This document shows positions 28,655 to 36,094 of a stretch of DNA of 64,000 nucleotides, in pieces; the first letter of the stretch is position 1, and every line of letters starts with the position of its first letter. Position numbers and translations under genes: made by a program. Source of the stretch: Syntrophales bacterium (GTDB lineage: Bacteria > Desulfobacterota > Syntrophia > Syntrophales > UBA6109); the NCBI GenBank assembly GCA_035366835.1, contig DAOSIS010000002.1:113208-177207 (forward strand). The letters run 5' to 3'. The notes beneath the pieces are model-generated. The model was given only the letters and a program-made list of their open reading frames with translations. It had not been told where the DNA came from and did not search any database.

Positions 28655-30580
28655 TCAGCCGACCGGGATCACGCGGACCTGGGTCTCGATCGTTCCGACC
28701 CGGCCGTCGCGATAGCGGATCTTGCCCTTGACGTCCACCTGCGTTTCATTCCGGTACATCGCCTCGATCAGTTTGATATACAGGCCGTACACGAATCGGC
28801 GGCGGACCTTTCCGGTTCTCGTGAGCTCTTCGTCGTCGGCATCGAGGAGCTTGTAGAGAAGGATGAATTTCCGGATCTTCATGAGATCGGGAAGCTGCTC
28901 GTTCACCTTGACGACCTCTCCGAGGATCAGCTGTTCGACGGGCTGCAGCTGAGACAGGTCCGCATAGGTCGTGTAGGGAATGAGGCGCTCCTCCGCCCAG
29001 CTTCCGACATTTCCCATATCGATGTTGACGAGCGCGGTGATGTAGGGCCGTCCCTCGCCGAAGACGACCACCTCCTTGACGTAGGGGGAGAACTTCAGGC
29101 GCGTTTCGATGAAGTCCGGTGAAAAGGCGTGGCCGCTCTTGTTGCGGATGATCTCTTCCTTTCGCCCGATAATCACGAGCTGTCCGTCCTTGTCGAAATA
29201 CCCGGCGTCCCCCGTCCTGAGCCAGCCCTCGCGAAAAGCGGATTCCGTGGCCTGGAAGTCCTGGTAGTATCCCTGGAAAGCCGTGGGGCTGCTGAGAATC
29301 ACTTCCTCATCGTCGGCCAGCTTGACCTCAATGCCGGGCAGTGGCTTGCCCACGGTCTCCGGCTTGACCTGGTCGTCCGGCTGGATCTGAAAGATGCCGC
29401 CCGCCTCCGTGAGGCCGTAGCACTGCTTCAGGTTCAGACCGACGGCCCGGAAGAAATGGATGACATCCGGACTGATGGGATGGCCGCCGGTGAAGGCGCT
29501 GCGCAGCCGCGTGCATCCCATGCGGTCCAGGAGAGGCAGATAGACCAGGCGCCGGAAAAGGACCTGCAGCCATGACATCCAGGGGGGAATCGCTTCTCCC
29601 CGCGACTGCATCGCCACGACCGATTTGCCGAGCCGCTCCCCGAGGTCGAACAGCCTCTTCTTGATCCAGCCGGCGTCCGACATCTTCACGCGGATCCGCG
29701 AGGCCATCTCCTCCCAGAAGCGCGATGCCGTGATGACCAGGGAAGGGCCGATCTCGCGAAAGTCTTCCGCAACGGTTTCCGGAGTCTCCGGGAAATTCAT
29801 CGTCATCCCGGCGGCGAGCGCAACGCCGAGGCCCCACATCTGATCGACGATCCATGCCGGCGGCGACATGGAGAGCCAGTTCTCGCCCTCCGAGATCGCC
29901 AGCGCCTCCCGCCAGCGCACGCCCATCTCCACGAAGTTCCGGTGGGAGATCATCGCCAGCTTCGGGACCCCCGTCGTTCCGGACGTCAGGATCATGAGGG
30001 CCGTGTCTTCCCGCCGCCCCTTGGCGACCTCCGCCTCGAAGCGCCCGTCGCTTCGCTCCTCCCCGGCGCGTCCCCGTTCCTGCAGCTCGCTGAAGCGGAT
30101 CAGCCAGGGATGGTCTTCGTAGGAAGACATTCCCGTGGGGTCGATGTAGACCACTTTGCGGACGTGGGGAAGCTTCCCGCGCGCGTCGAGCAGCTTGTCC
30201 ACCTGCTCCTGATCCTGCGCCACGACGTAGGCCGCGCGGAAGCGGGAAACGGCGGTCCGCAATTCCTCCGTGATGGACGACGTGAACAGGTTGACGGTCA
30301 CGCCGCCGAGGGACTGCACACCGAGTTCGCAGAACAGCCATTCCGGGTGGTTGTTGACGACGAGGCCGACGATTTCGCCCCGCTTCAAACCCAGTTCATG
30401 GAAGCCCAGGGCGGTGCGGCGGACGTAGCCCAGATACTCCTCCCACGAATAGGCCTGCCAAACGCCGTAGGCCTTTTCCCGCAGGGCCGGCAGCGGCCGG
30501 TTCTTCAGCCGTGCGGCCTGGCGGAGCAGCACCTGCGGCAGCGTCAGCGTCTCGAGAGGCGCTGCGTGGATATCCGTCAT
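28655..30580 (-). CDS. AMP-dependent acyl-CoA synthetase (long-chain-fatty-acid-CoA-ligase-like) embedded in the ABC operon
   Basis: Start at MTDIHAAPLETL (ATG 30580), which overlaps the livG stop as ATGA. Canonical LTSGTTGVPK and YGLTEAGG motifs. 641 aa. Confidence 0.85.
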   Translation of the reverse strand: MTDIHAAPLETLTLPQVLLRQAARLKNRPLPALREKAYGVWQAYSWEEYLGYVRRTALGFHELGLKRGEIVGLVVNNHPEWLFCELGVQSLGGVTVNLFTSSITEELRTAVSRFRAAYVVAQDQEQVDKLLDARGKLPHVRKVVYIDPTGMSSYEDHPWLIRFSELQERGRAGEERSDGRFEAEVAKGRREDTALMILTSGTTGVPKLAMISHRNFVEMGVRWREALAISEGENWLSMSPPAWIVDQMWGLGVALAAGMTMNFPETPETVAEDFREIGPSLVITASRFWEEMASRIRVKMSDAGWIKKRLFDLGERLGKSVVAMQSRGEAIPPWMSWLQVLFRRLVYLPLLDRMGCTRLRSAFTGGHPISPDVIHFFRAVGLNLKQCYGLTEAGGIFQIQPDDQVKPETVGKPLPGIEVKLADDEEVILSSPTAFQGYYQDFQATESAFREGWLRTGDAGYFDKDGQLVIIGRKEEIIRNKSGHAFSPDFIETRLKFSPYVKEVVVFGEGRPYITALVNIDMGNVGSWAEERLIPYTTYADLSQLQPVEQLILGEVVKVNEQLPDLMKIRKFILLYKLLDADDEELTRTGKVRRRFVYGLYIKLIEAMYRNETQVDVKGKIRYRDGRVGTIETQVRVIPVG

Positions 30581-31410
30581 TCGCCGCCCTCCGCCGCATC
30601 CCCGAGGTAGGCCTTGATGACCTCCGGGTGCCCCTTGATTTCCTCCGGCGATCCTTCCGCGAGTTTTTCGCCGAAATTCAGGACAACGATCCGCCGGCAG
30701 ATGCTCATCACGATCGACATGTCGTGTTCGACCAGGATCATGGTCTGTCCCCATTGACGGTTCAGTTCCAGGAGGAAGCGGACCATGTCTTCCTTTTCTT
30801 CCAGGTTCATTCCGGCAAAGGGCTCGTCGAGCACGAGCAGTCTGGGCTCCAGTGCCAGGGCGCGTCCCAGCTCCACGCGCTTCATCATCCCGTAGGGCAG
30901 TGACCCGACGGCCTTCTTCCGGATCGTCTGCATCTCGAGAAAATCGATGATCTCCTCGAGGATGCGGCGATGATGCGTCTCCTCCCGGCGCACCGAGGGG
31001 AGGAAAAGGCTCGAAGACAGAAGACTGTAGTGACAGTGGATGTGGCGCGCCAGCTGGAGGTTCGAGAGCACGGTCATTCCCGGGAAGAGTTCGATGTTCT
31101 GGAAGGTGCGACCGATGCCGATCGGAACGAGGTGATGGGCCGGCAGGGCCGTAATGTCCCGGCCGTTGAAAAGGATCGTGCCCTCCTGGGGCCTGTAGAA
31201 GCCGGTGATGCAGTTGAGCAGGCTCGTTTTCCCCGCGCCGTTGGGCCCGATGACCGCCATCAGTTCTCCCGTTTTCACTTCGAGACTGACGTCGTGCAGC
31301 GCCGATACCCCGCCGAAGCGGAGCGACAGGTTTCGAACCTCCAGTTCGGCGCGCCTGTCCTCCGCCTTTCGGCCGGAAAAGACCGCCGGCTGTCCGCGAT
31401 AAGCCTTCAT
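30577..31410 (-). CDS. livG: LIV-type ABC transporter ATP-binding protein (LivG-like)
   Basis: Start at MKAYRGQPAV (ATG 31410). Walker A GPNGAGKTS, Walker B LLVLDEPFAGM, and the LivG-type insertion. Confidence 0.9.
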   Translation of the reverse strand: MKAYRGQPAVFSGRKAEDRRAELEVRNLSLRFGGVSALHDVSLEVKTGELMAVIGPNGAGKTSLLNCITGFYRPQEGTILFNGRDITALPAHHLVPIGIGRTFQNIELFPGMTVLSNLQLARHIHCHYSLLSSSLFLPSVRREETHHRRILEEIIDFLEMQTIRKKAVGSLPYGMMKRVELGRALALEPRLLVLDEPFAGMNLEEKEDMVRFLLELNRQWGQTMILVEHDMSIVMSICRRIVVLNFGEKLAEGSPEEIKGHPEVIKAYLGDAAEGGE

Positions 31411-31439
31411 GAGATTGCCGATTCCGCTCTGAACCGCCG

Positions 31440-32654
31440 CTACTTCAAGAACTTGATCTTCTCTTTCCCGGGCGTGTAGAAGTTCGTTAACGGCTTGTAC
31501 GAACCGTCTTCCGAAACCTTCACGATGCGGGCCCGGTAGGAAGCTCCATGGTCCGTGGACGTATAGGTGACGGCAGGCAGCAGCCCGCCGAAATCCTCCT
31601 GCCGGAAGGACTCCAGTGCCCGGTTGATGGAACCGCGGCTGACTTCCTTGGATGCCTCGTGGGCGCGGACAAAGGCGCGCTCCATGATCATCCCGACCGC
31701 GACGCCCTCCCAATAGGCGGCGTCGAATTTCTCGACGGTCTTATACCGCTTCCAGAGCTCTTCGATCAACTTCACGCCGGGTGTGCCGTCGGAGGGAAGT
31801 CCGCCCGGGAACTGCATGTTGAGACGGTCGCGGATCAGGCCCTTCCCCAACTTGAAGAAGTCCGGGTCGGTGGACGTCCAGGTTCCGAAGAAGGGCACGT
31901 CGAAGCCGATGCGGTCGGCGCTCTTGAATGCCGTTACGATGGATGCGGGAAGCATCTGGATGAAGATGTACTCGGCCCCGTTCTTCTTCAGGCGCAGGAG
32001 TTCCGTGGTGAGGTCGACGGTCTTCGGGGGGAATTCCTCCACGGATACGATCTGGATCTTCAGCTTCTCCGCGAATTCCTTTGCCGGCTGATGGATGGAG
32101 CGCCCGTAGGGATTGTTGTATGTGAGCAGGCCGACCTTCGGCGCATCCTTGCCCTTGTGGACGGCCCGGATGTATTCCAGGACCGCCTGGCAGTCCATGC
32201 GGTAGCTTCCGAAGGGCAGGTACATATAGTCGATCGGCGGCTCGAGGATCTCCCAGCTCGTGGAATAGTTGATCGTCGGGATTTTGTACTGCTGGATGAT
32301 CGGCTTGGCGGCCAATCCCTCCCCCGCCCCCCACGTGGCGATCATGTCCACGTTCTCCTGAACGGCGAATTTCCTGACGGCCGCGACGGCTTCCGGGACC
32401 TTGTAGGCCGTATCGACCAGGAGCATGTCGATCTTGTTTCCGGCGACGCCGCCCTTCACCTCGTTGACATAGCGGAAGTAGTCCTGTTGTCCCTTGGCAT
32501 GAAACTGGCCCCAGCTGGATGCCGGGCCGGTCATGTTGATCGCGGCACCGACCTTGATCGCCTTTGCCTCGGCGGGAGGCGCAGCGGCCGTCGTTGCCGC
32601 GAAGGCTGCGGCCAGCAGGACGAGCCTCGCATGGAATCCCATCGTTTTCATCAT
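31440..32654 (-). CDS. Periplasmic substrate-binding protein, LIV/type-1 PBP family
   Basis: 404 aa. Signal peptide MMKTMGFHARLVLLAAAFAATTAAAPPAEA followed by IKVGAAINMTGPAS. AAGGAGG Shine-Dalgarno site at 32661-32667. Confidence 0.88.
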   Translation of the reverse strand: MMKTMGFHARLVLLAAAFAATTAAAPPAEAKAIKVGAAINMTGPASSWGQFHAKGQQDYFRYVNEVKGGVAGNKIDMLLVDTAYKVPEAVAAVRKFAVQENVDMIATWGAGEGLAAKPIIQQYKIPTINYSTSWEILEPPIDYMYLPFGSYRMDCQAVLEYIRAVHKGKDAPKVGLLTYNNPYGRSIHQPAKEFAEKLKIQIVSVEEFPPKTVDLTTELLRLKKNGAEYIFIQMLPASIVTAFKSADRIGFDVPFFGTWTSTDPDFFKLGKGLIRDRLNMQFPGGLPSDGTPGVKLIEELWKRYKTVEKFDAAYWEGVAVGMIMERAFVRAHEASKEVSRGSINRALESFRQEDFGGLLPAVTYTSTDHGASYRARIVKVSEDGSYKPLTNFYTPGKEKIKFLK

Positions 32655-32716
32655 CGCTTTCCTCCTTCGGGGAACTGCCCGCGCGAAACCGGCCCCTGCC
32701 GGCTTCCCACAGCGGC

Positions 32717-32756
32717 AAAAAAAAGCCGCGGTCGACCCCTTCGGTCCGCCCGCGGC
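32717..32756 (-). terminator. Intrinsic terminator inside the ABC-operon leader (proposed attenuator 3:4 helix)
   Basis: The minus strand reads GCCGCGG-GCG-GACC-GAAGG-GGUC-GA-CCGCGGC followed by U8. It sits 62 nt upstream of the substrate-binding-protein ATG and about 130 nt downstream of the candidate promoter. Confidence 0.6.
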
Positions 32757-32780
32757 TCATTTGTCCCTTATGTCTTCAGG

Positions 32781-32858
32781 TCATGAGCGCGTCAGGCAGA
32801 CCTCCGCAAAATAGGTAAAAAAGCCAAAAAACAAGTCTGCCCGGTTTGCTCGATGCAT
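32781..32858 (-). CDS. Putative Phe-rich regulatory leader peptide (25 aa): MHRANRADLFFGFFTYFAEVCLTRS
   Basis: ATG at 32858-32856 lies 11 nt downstream of GAGGAAG. Codons 10-17 encode FFGFFTYF, with all 5 Phe as TTT and Tyr as TAT. TGA stop at 32783-32781. Too short to appear in the ORF track. Confidence 0.45.
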   Translation of the reverse strand: MHRANRADLFFGFFTYFAEVCLTRS

Positions 32859-32891
32859 GGTGAAAGTCGCTTCCTCGGAAAAACTGTCCAC

Positions 32892-32920
32892 CCTATAGAG
32901 TTCCCGTCTCAAAAAGTCAA
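32892..32920 (-). promoter_or_regulatory. Sigma70-type promoter candidate for the leader/ABC operon: TTGACT-17 nt-TATAGG
   Basis: On the minus strand, TTGACT is at 32920-32915 and TATAGG at 32897-32892. It lies 36 nt downstream of the response-regulator stop codon. Confidence 0.45.
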
Positions 32921-32955
32921 GCGATTTGTTCCGTCTTTTCCCTCCGCGGCCGCCC

Positions 32956-34320
32956 TCAAACGATCTCGAACTTCTCGATCTTGTACTTCAGGGAGTCGTC
33001 CGTGACTTTCAGAAGCTCCGCCGCCTTGTTCTTCGCCCCCTTTGTCTTCTGCAGCGCCTTCTCGATCAGGCTCTTTTCAAACAGCGACACGGCCTCGTTG
33101 AGGTCGACGCCCTCTTCGGGGAGATCCAGGGCGGATGCGCCGACCCTCTCGAGGACGGAGGACGGCTGCAGCAGGTTCTCCGGCAGGACGATCGTCGACG
33201 CCTCCAGGGCGACGCTTCTTTCGATGATATTCTCCAGTTCCCGGACATTGCCGGGAAACGGATACTCCAGGAGGAGGCCCAGCGCATAGGCCGATATGGC
33301 CCGGGCCTCTTTTCCGTAAATCCGCGAGAATTTTTCGGCGAAATGCTTGGTGAGAATGGGAATGTCCTCCCGGCGGTTCCGCAGCGGCGGGATCACGATC
33401 GGGATGACATTGAGGCGGTAATACAGGTCCTCGCGGAATCCCCCCTCGCGGACCTTTTTCTCCAGGTCCTGATTCGTCGCCGAGATGATCCGCACGTTGA
33501 CCTTGATGTCCTCGATGCCGCCGATTCTCCGGAACGTCTTTTCCTGCACGACGCGGAGAAGCTTGACCTGCAGCGGCGGCGGGAGTTCACCGACTTCGTC
33601 GAGAAAAATCGTGCCGCCCCTGGCCGCCTCGAAAAGGCCCGGCTTGTCGAAGTAGGCATTGGTGAAGGAGCCTTTCATGTGGCCGAACAGCTCGGACTCC
33701 AGCAGATTCTCCGGAATGCCGCCGCAATTGATTGCCACGAAGGGCAGCTTGGCCTGCGGGCCGTGATCATGGATCGCCCTCGCGACGAGCTCCTTGCCGG
33801 TCCCGCTTTCACCCAGCAGGAGGACGTTGGCCGGCGTATCCCCGATCTTGCGGACCGTCGAGAAGATCCTGAGCATGTCCTTGTTCCTGGCGATCATGTC
33901 GCCGAAGTGGACCGCATCGTCCGAGTCCCGCTGAAAAGGAGCCTGTTCCTCCTTGAGTCCCTTCGTATCCAGGGCCTGCCGGATGAGGCGCTTGAGGTCA
34001 TCGACGTCGAAATCCTTCTCGACATAGTCGTAGGCCCCCTCTTTCATCGCGCGCACCGCGGTTTCACCCGTCGCATAAGCCGTAATCAGGATCACGAGGG
34101 TCCCCGGCGACAGTTCCTTGACGGATTTGAGAAACTCGAGGCCGTCCATTTTCGGCATCTTCAGGTCCGTCAGGATGAGATCGAAGTTTTCCTTCCTGCA
34201 CCGGTTCAAGCCCTTCATGCCGTCCGCTTCGCAGACGACGCTGTACCCTTCCCGGGTCAGCATGATCTCGAGCAGTTCCCGGACGCCGGCGTCGTCATCC
34301 ACAACAAGGATTCTTGTCAT
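32956..34320 (-). CDS. Sigma54-dependent response regulator (REC, AAA+, Fis-type HTH; NtrC/AtoC family)
   Basis: 454 aa. DDDAGVRELL...D54-type receiver, GESGTGKE Walker A, GAFTGA-like GSFTNA, and a C-terminal HTH (KNKAAELLKVTDDSLKYKI). The ATG overlaps the kinase stop as ATGA. Confidence 0.92.
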   Translation of the reverse strand: MTRILVVDDDAGVRELLEIMLTREGYSVVCEADGMKGLNRCRKENFDLILTDLKMPKMDGLEFLKSVKELSPGTLVILITAYATGETAVRAMKEGAYDYVEKDFDVDDLKRLIRQALDTKGLKEEQAPFQRDSDDAVHFGDMIARNKDMLRIFSTVRKIGDTPANVLLLGESGTGKELVARAIHDHGPQAKLPFVAINCGGIPENLLESELFGHMKGSFTNAYFDKPGLFEAARGGTIFLDEVGELPPPLQVKLLRVVQEKTFRRIGGIEDIKVNVRIISATNQDLEKKVREGGFREDLYYRLNVIPIVIPPLRNRREDIPILTKHFAEKFSRIYGKEARAISAYALGLLLEYPFPGNVRELENIIERSVALEASTIVLPENLLQPSSVLERVGASALDLPEEGVDLNEAVSLFEKSLIEKALQKTKGAKNKAAELLKVTDDSLKYKIEKFEIV

Positions 34321-36023
34321 CCCCCAACCTCACTGGCCGCATCGGCGGTGACCGGTTTCTTTTCAGGACGCGAGGACAGCCAGACTGCAACGGACGTTCC
34401 CCGTCCCGGCTCGCTTTCCAGGCGCACCCGGCCGCCGTGGTTTTCCACGATGCGCCGCACGATCGCCAGCCCCAGTCCCGTCCCTCGTTCACGAGTCGTA
34501 TAAAACGGCTCGAACACTCTCTGCAAGACATCTTTTCTCATGCCTGCACCCGTATCGCTGACCCTGAGGGTCACGCCGTCCGGATCGGAGGTGCGGGCCA
34601 GGCACACCGACACGGCGCCTTCCTCCGAAATCGATTGGACGGCATTCATCAGGAGGTTCCAGATCAACTGACGCATTTCCGCGCGATTCGCCGAGATCCG
34701 GGCATCGTCCCCGGTCAGTTCGACGCGGATGCCTTCGTGCCAGTCGGACACGTACCGGATCGCTTCGACGACATCGTTCACGAGGCCACGCAGCTCGATC
34801 GTTTCCTTCGTACCCGGTGACGGCCTCGCGAGGAGGAGAAAGTCCTTCATGAAGTTTTCGATCTGGTCCTTGCCGCGCAGGATGATCGACATCAGCCGCT
34901 CATCCGCCGCATTCAGCTGCAGGTCCTTCCTGAGCACCTGGATGGATCCGCTGATGGACGCAAGGGGATTGCGTATCTCGTGGGCCAGAACGGCGGCCAT
35001 TTCGCCGACGAAGGCGAGACGCCTGTTCTTCTCGTATTCCGCCTCCATCTTCTTCACGGCCGTCAGGTCGTGGAAGATCACGATGCTGCCGATCCTTTTC
35101 CCTTCCGCGCCCCGCAGAGGCGACAGGACCCATCCGAGGACGAGGCGTTCGCCGTCTTTCCTGGCGAATGCCAGATCGGTCCCCTTCTGCCTGCCCTCCG
35201 GCGAAGGCGGCTGCTCGTTCGCCTTCTCCACCGCAGCGGCAATTGCGGGAAAGACCTCGCGCAAGGGCCGGTTCAGCAGCTCGGCGAAGACATACCCCGT
35301 AATCTCCTCTGCGGCGCGGTTGAACGACTTGATCCTGCCGAGAAGGTCGATCGTGAAGATTCCCGCATCCACGGACTCGATGATGCTGCGATGAAGGACG
35401 TCCAGCTGGTCGAACGCCGTTTGCTTCTCTGCCAGGAGAAGACGGGCTCTCCTTTCCTGCCCGACGACGAAGCTTGCGAGAAGCGCGATCACGAAAAAGG
35501 AGAGGATGTGCACGAAACTCCGCGTCAGCGCCTCCCCCGGCGTGAGCGGCAGATCCTGCAGGAGAAAGGCGGTGGGGGGCTCGATCCATCCGTAGTACTC
35601 CAGATCCACGAGCAGGCCGTAGACGATGCTGCAGGCGGAGGCAGCCGTCATTCCGCCGCGACGCCCGAGAAAGATCACGGAATAGATGACGATCATCTGG
35701 TAGAATGCCGAGTAGACGCTGCGGCAGCCCCCCGTCAGATAGACCAGGACGGAAACCAGGCCGATATCGCAAAGCGACTGGATGTAGATGTGGGCGCGTT
35801 CGCGGTCGATGACCCGCAGCAGGAAGACATACGCGATCGAGACGAGATAGAACAGCAGCGCCGTACGATAGAGTGCGGCCGTCGACTCCACCGGGAACAG
35901 CGCCAGTTGACGAAACTGCAGGCTGATGGCGACGCCAAGCAGGAGCGTCGCCAATCCCACGCGCCCCAGCATCAGCCACCATATCCGCTTGTCGATTCCG
36001 GAATTCTCCTGCGACCGATTCAT
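34317..36023 (-). CDS. Membrane sensor histidine kinase (polytopic N-terminus, PAS, HisKA, HATPase)
   Basis: Start at MNRSQENSGIDKRIWW (ATG 36023) behind GAAGAGG. About 6 TM helices, a PAS domain, H-box HEIRNPLASI, and G-boxes DTGAGM and GTGLGL. Confidence 0.88.
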   Translation of the reverse strand: MNRSQENSGIDKRIWWLMLGRVGLATLLLGVAISLQFRQLALFPVESTAALYRTALLFYLVSIAYVFLLRVIDRERAHIYIQSLCDIGLVSVLVYLTGGCRSVYSAFYQMIVIYSVIFLGRRGGMTAASACSIVYGLLVDLEYYGWIEPPTAFLLQDLPLTPGEALTRSFVHILSFFVIALLASFVVGQERRARLLLAEKQTAFDQLDVLHRSIIESVDAGIFTIDLLGRIKSFNRAAEEITGYVFAELLNRPLREVFPAIAAAVEKANEQPPSPEGRQKGTDLAFARKDGERLVLGWVLSPLRGAEGKRIGSIVIFHDLTAVKKMEAEYEKNRRLAFVGEMAAVLAHEIRNPLASISGSIQVLRKDLQLNAADERLMSIILRGKDQIENFMKDFLLLARPSPGTKETIELRGLVNDVVEAIRYVSDWHEGIRVELTGDDARISANRAEMRQLIWNLLMNAVQSISEEGAVSVCLARTSDPDGVTLRVSDTGAGMRKDVLQRVFEPFYTTRERGTGLGLAIVRRIVENHGGRVRLESEPGRGTSVAVWLSSRPEKKPVTADAASEVGG

Positions 36024-36074
36024 GGCCTCTTCATTGATACGCGATAAATTATTCTGTGCTCCGCGAAGGCGCAA

Positions 36075-36083
36075 TGCTATAAT
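36075..36083 (+). promoter_or_regulatory. Extended -10 promoter candidate (TGcTATAAT) giving a near-leaderless comEC mRNA
   Basis: A perfect TATAAT at 36078-36083 is preceded by TG at 36075-36076. The comEC ATG at 36095 has no Shine-Dalgarno site. Confidence 0.35.
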
Positions 36084-36094
36084 ATTTTTCCAAA

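Noticed and set aside
32713-32728. A sigma54-like GGC-T8-GCC string (cGGCTTTTTTTTGCCg) in the ABC-operon leader.
   Set aside because: The spacing is one nt short of TGGCAC-N5-TTGC and the flanking consensus bases are missing. The T-run is better explained as the U-tract of the terminator hairpin directly upstream.
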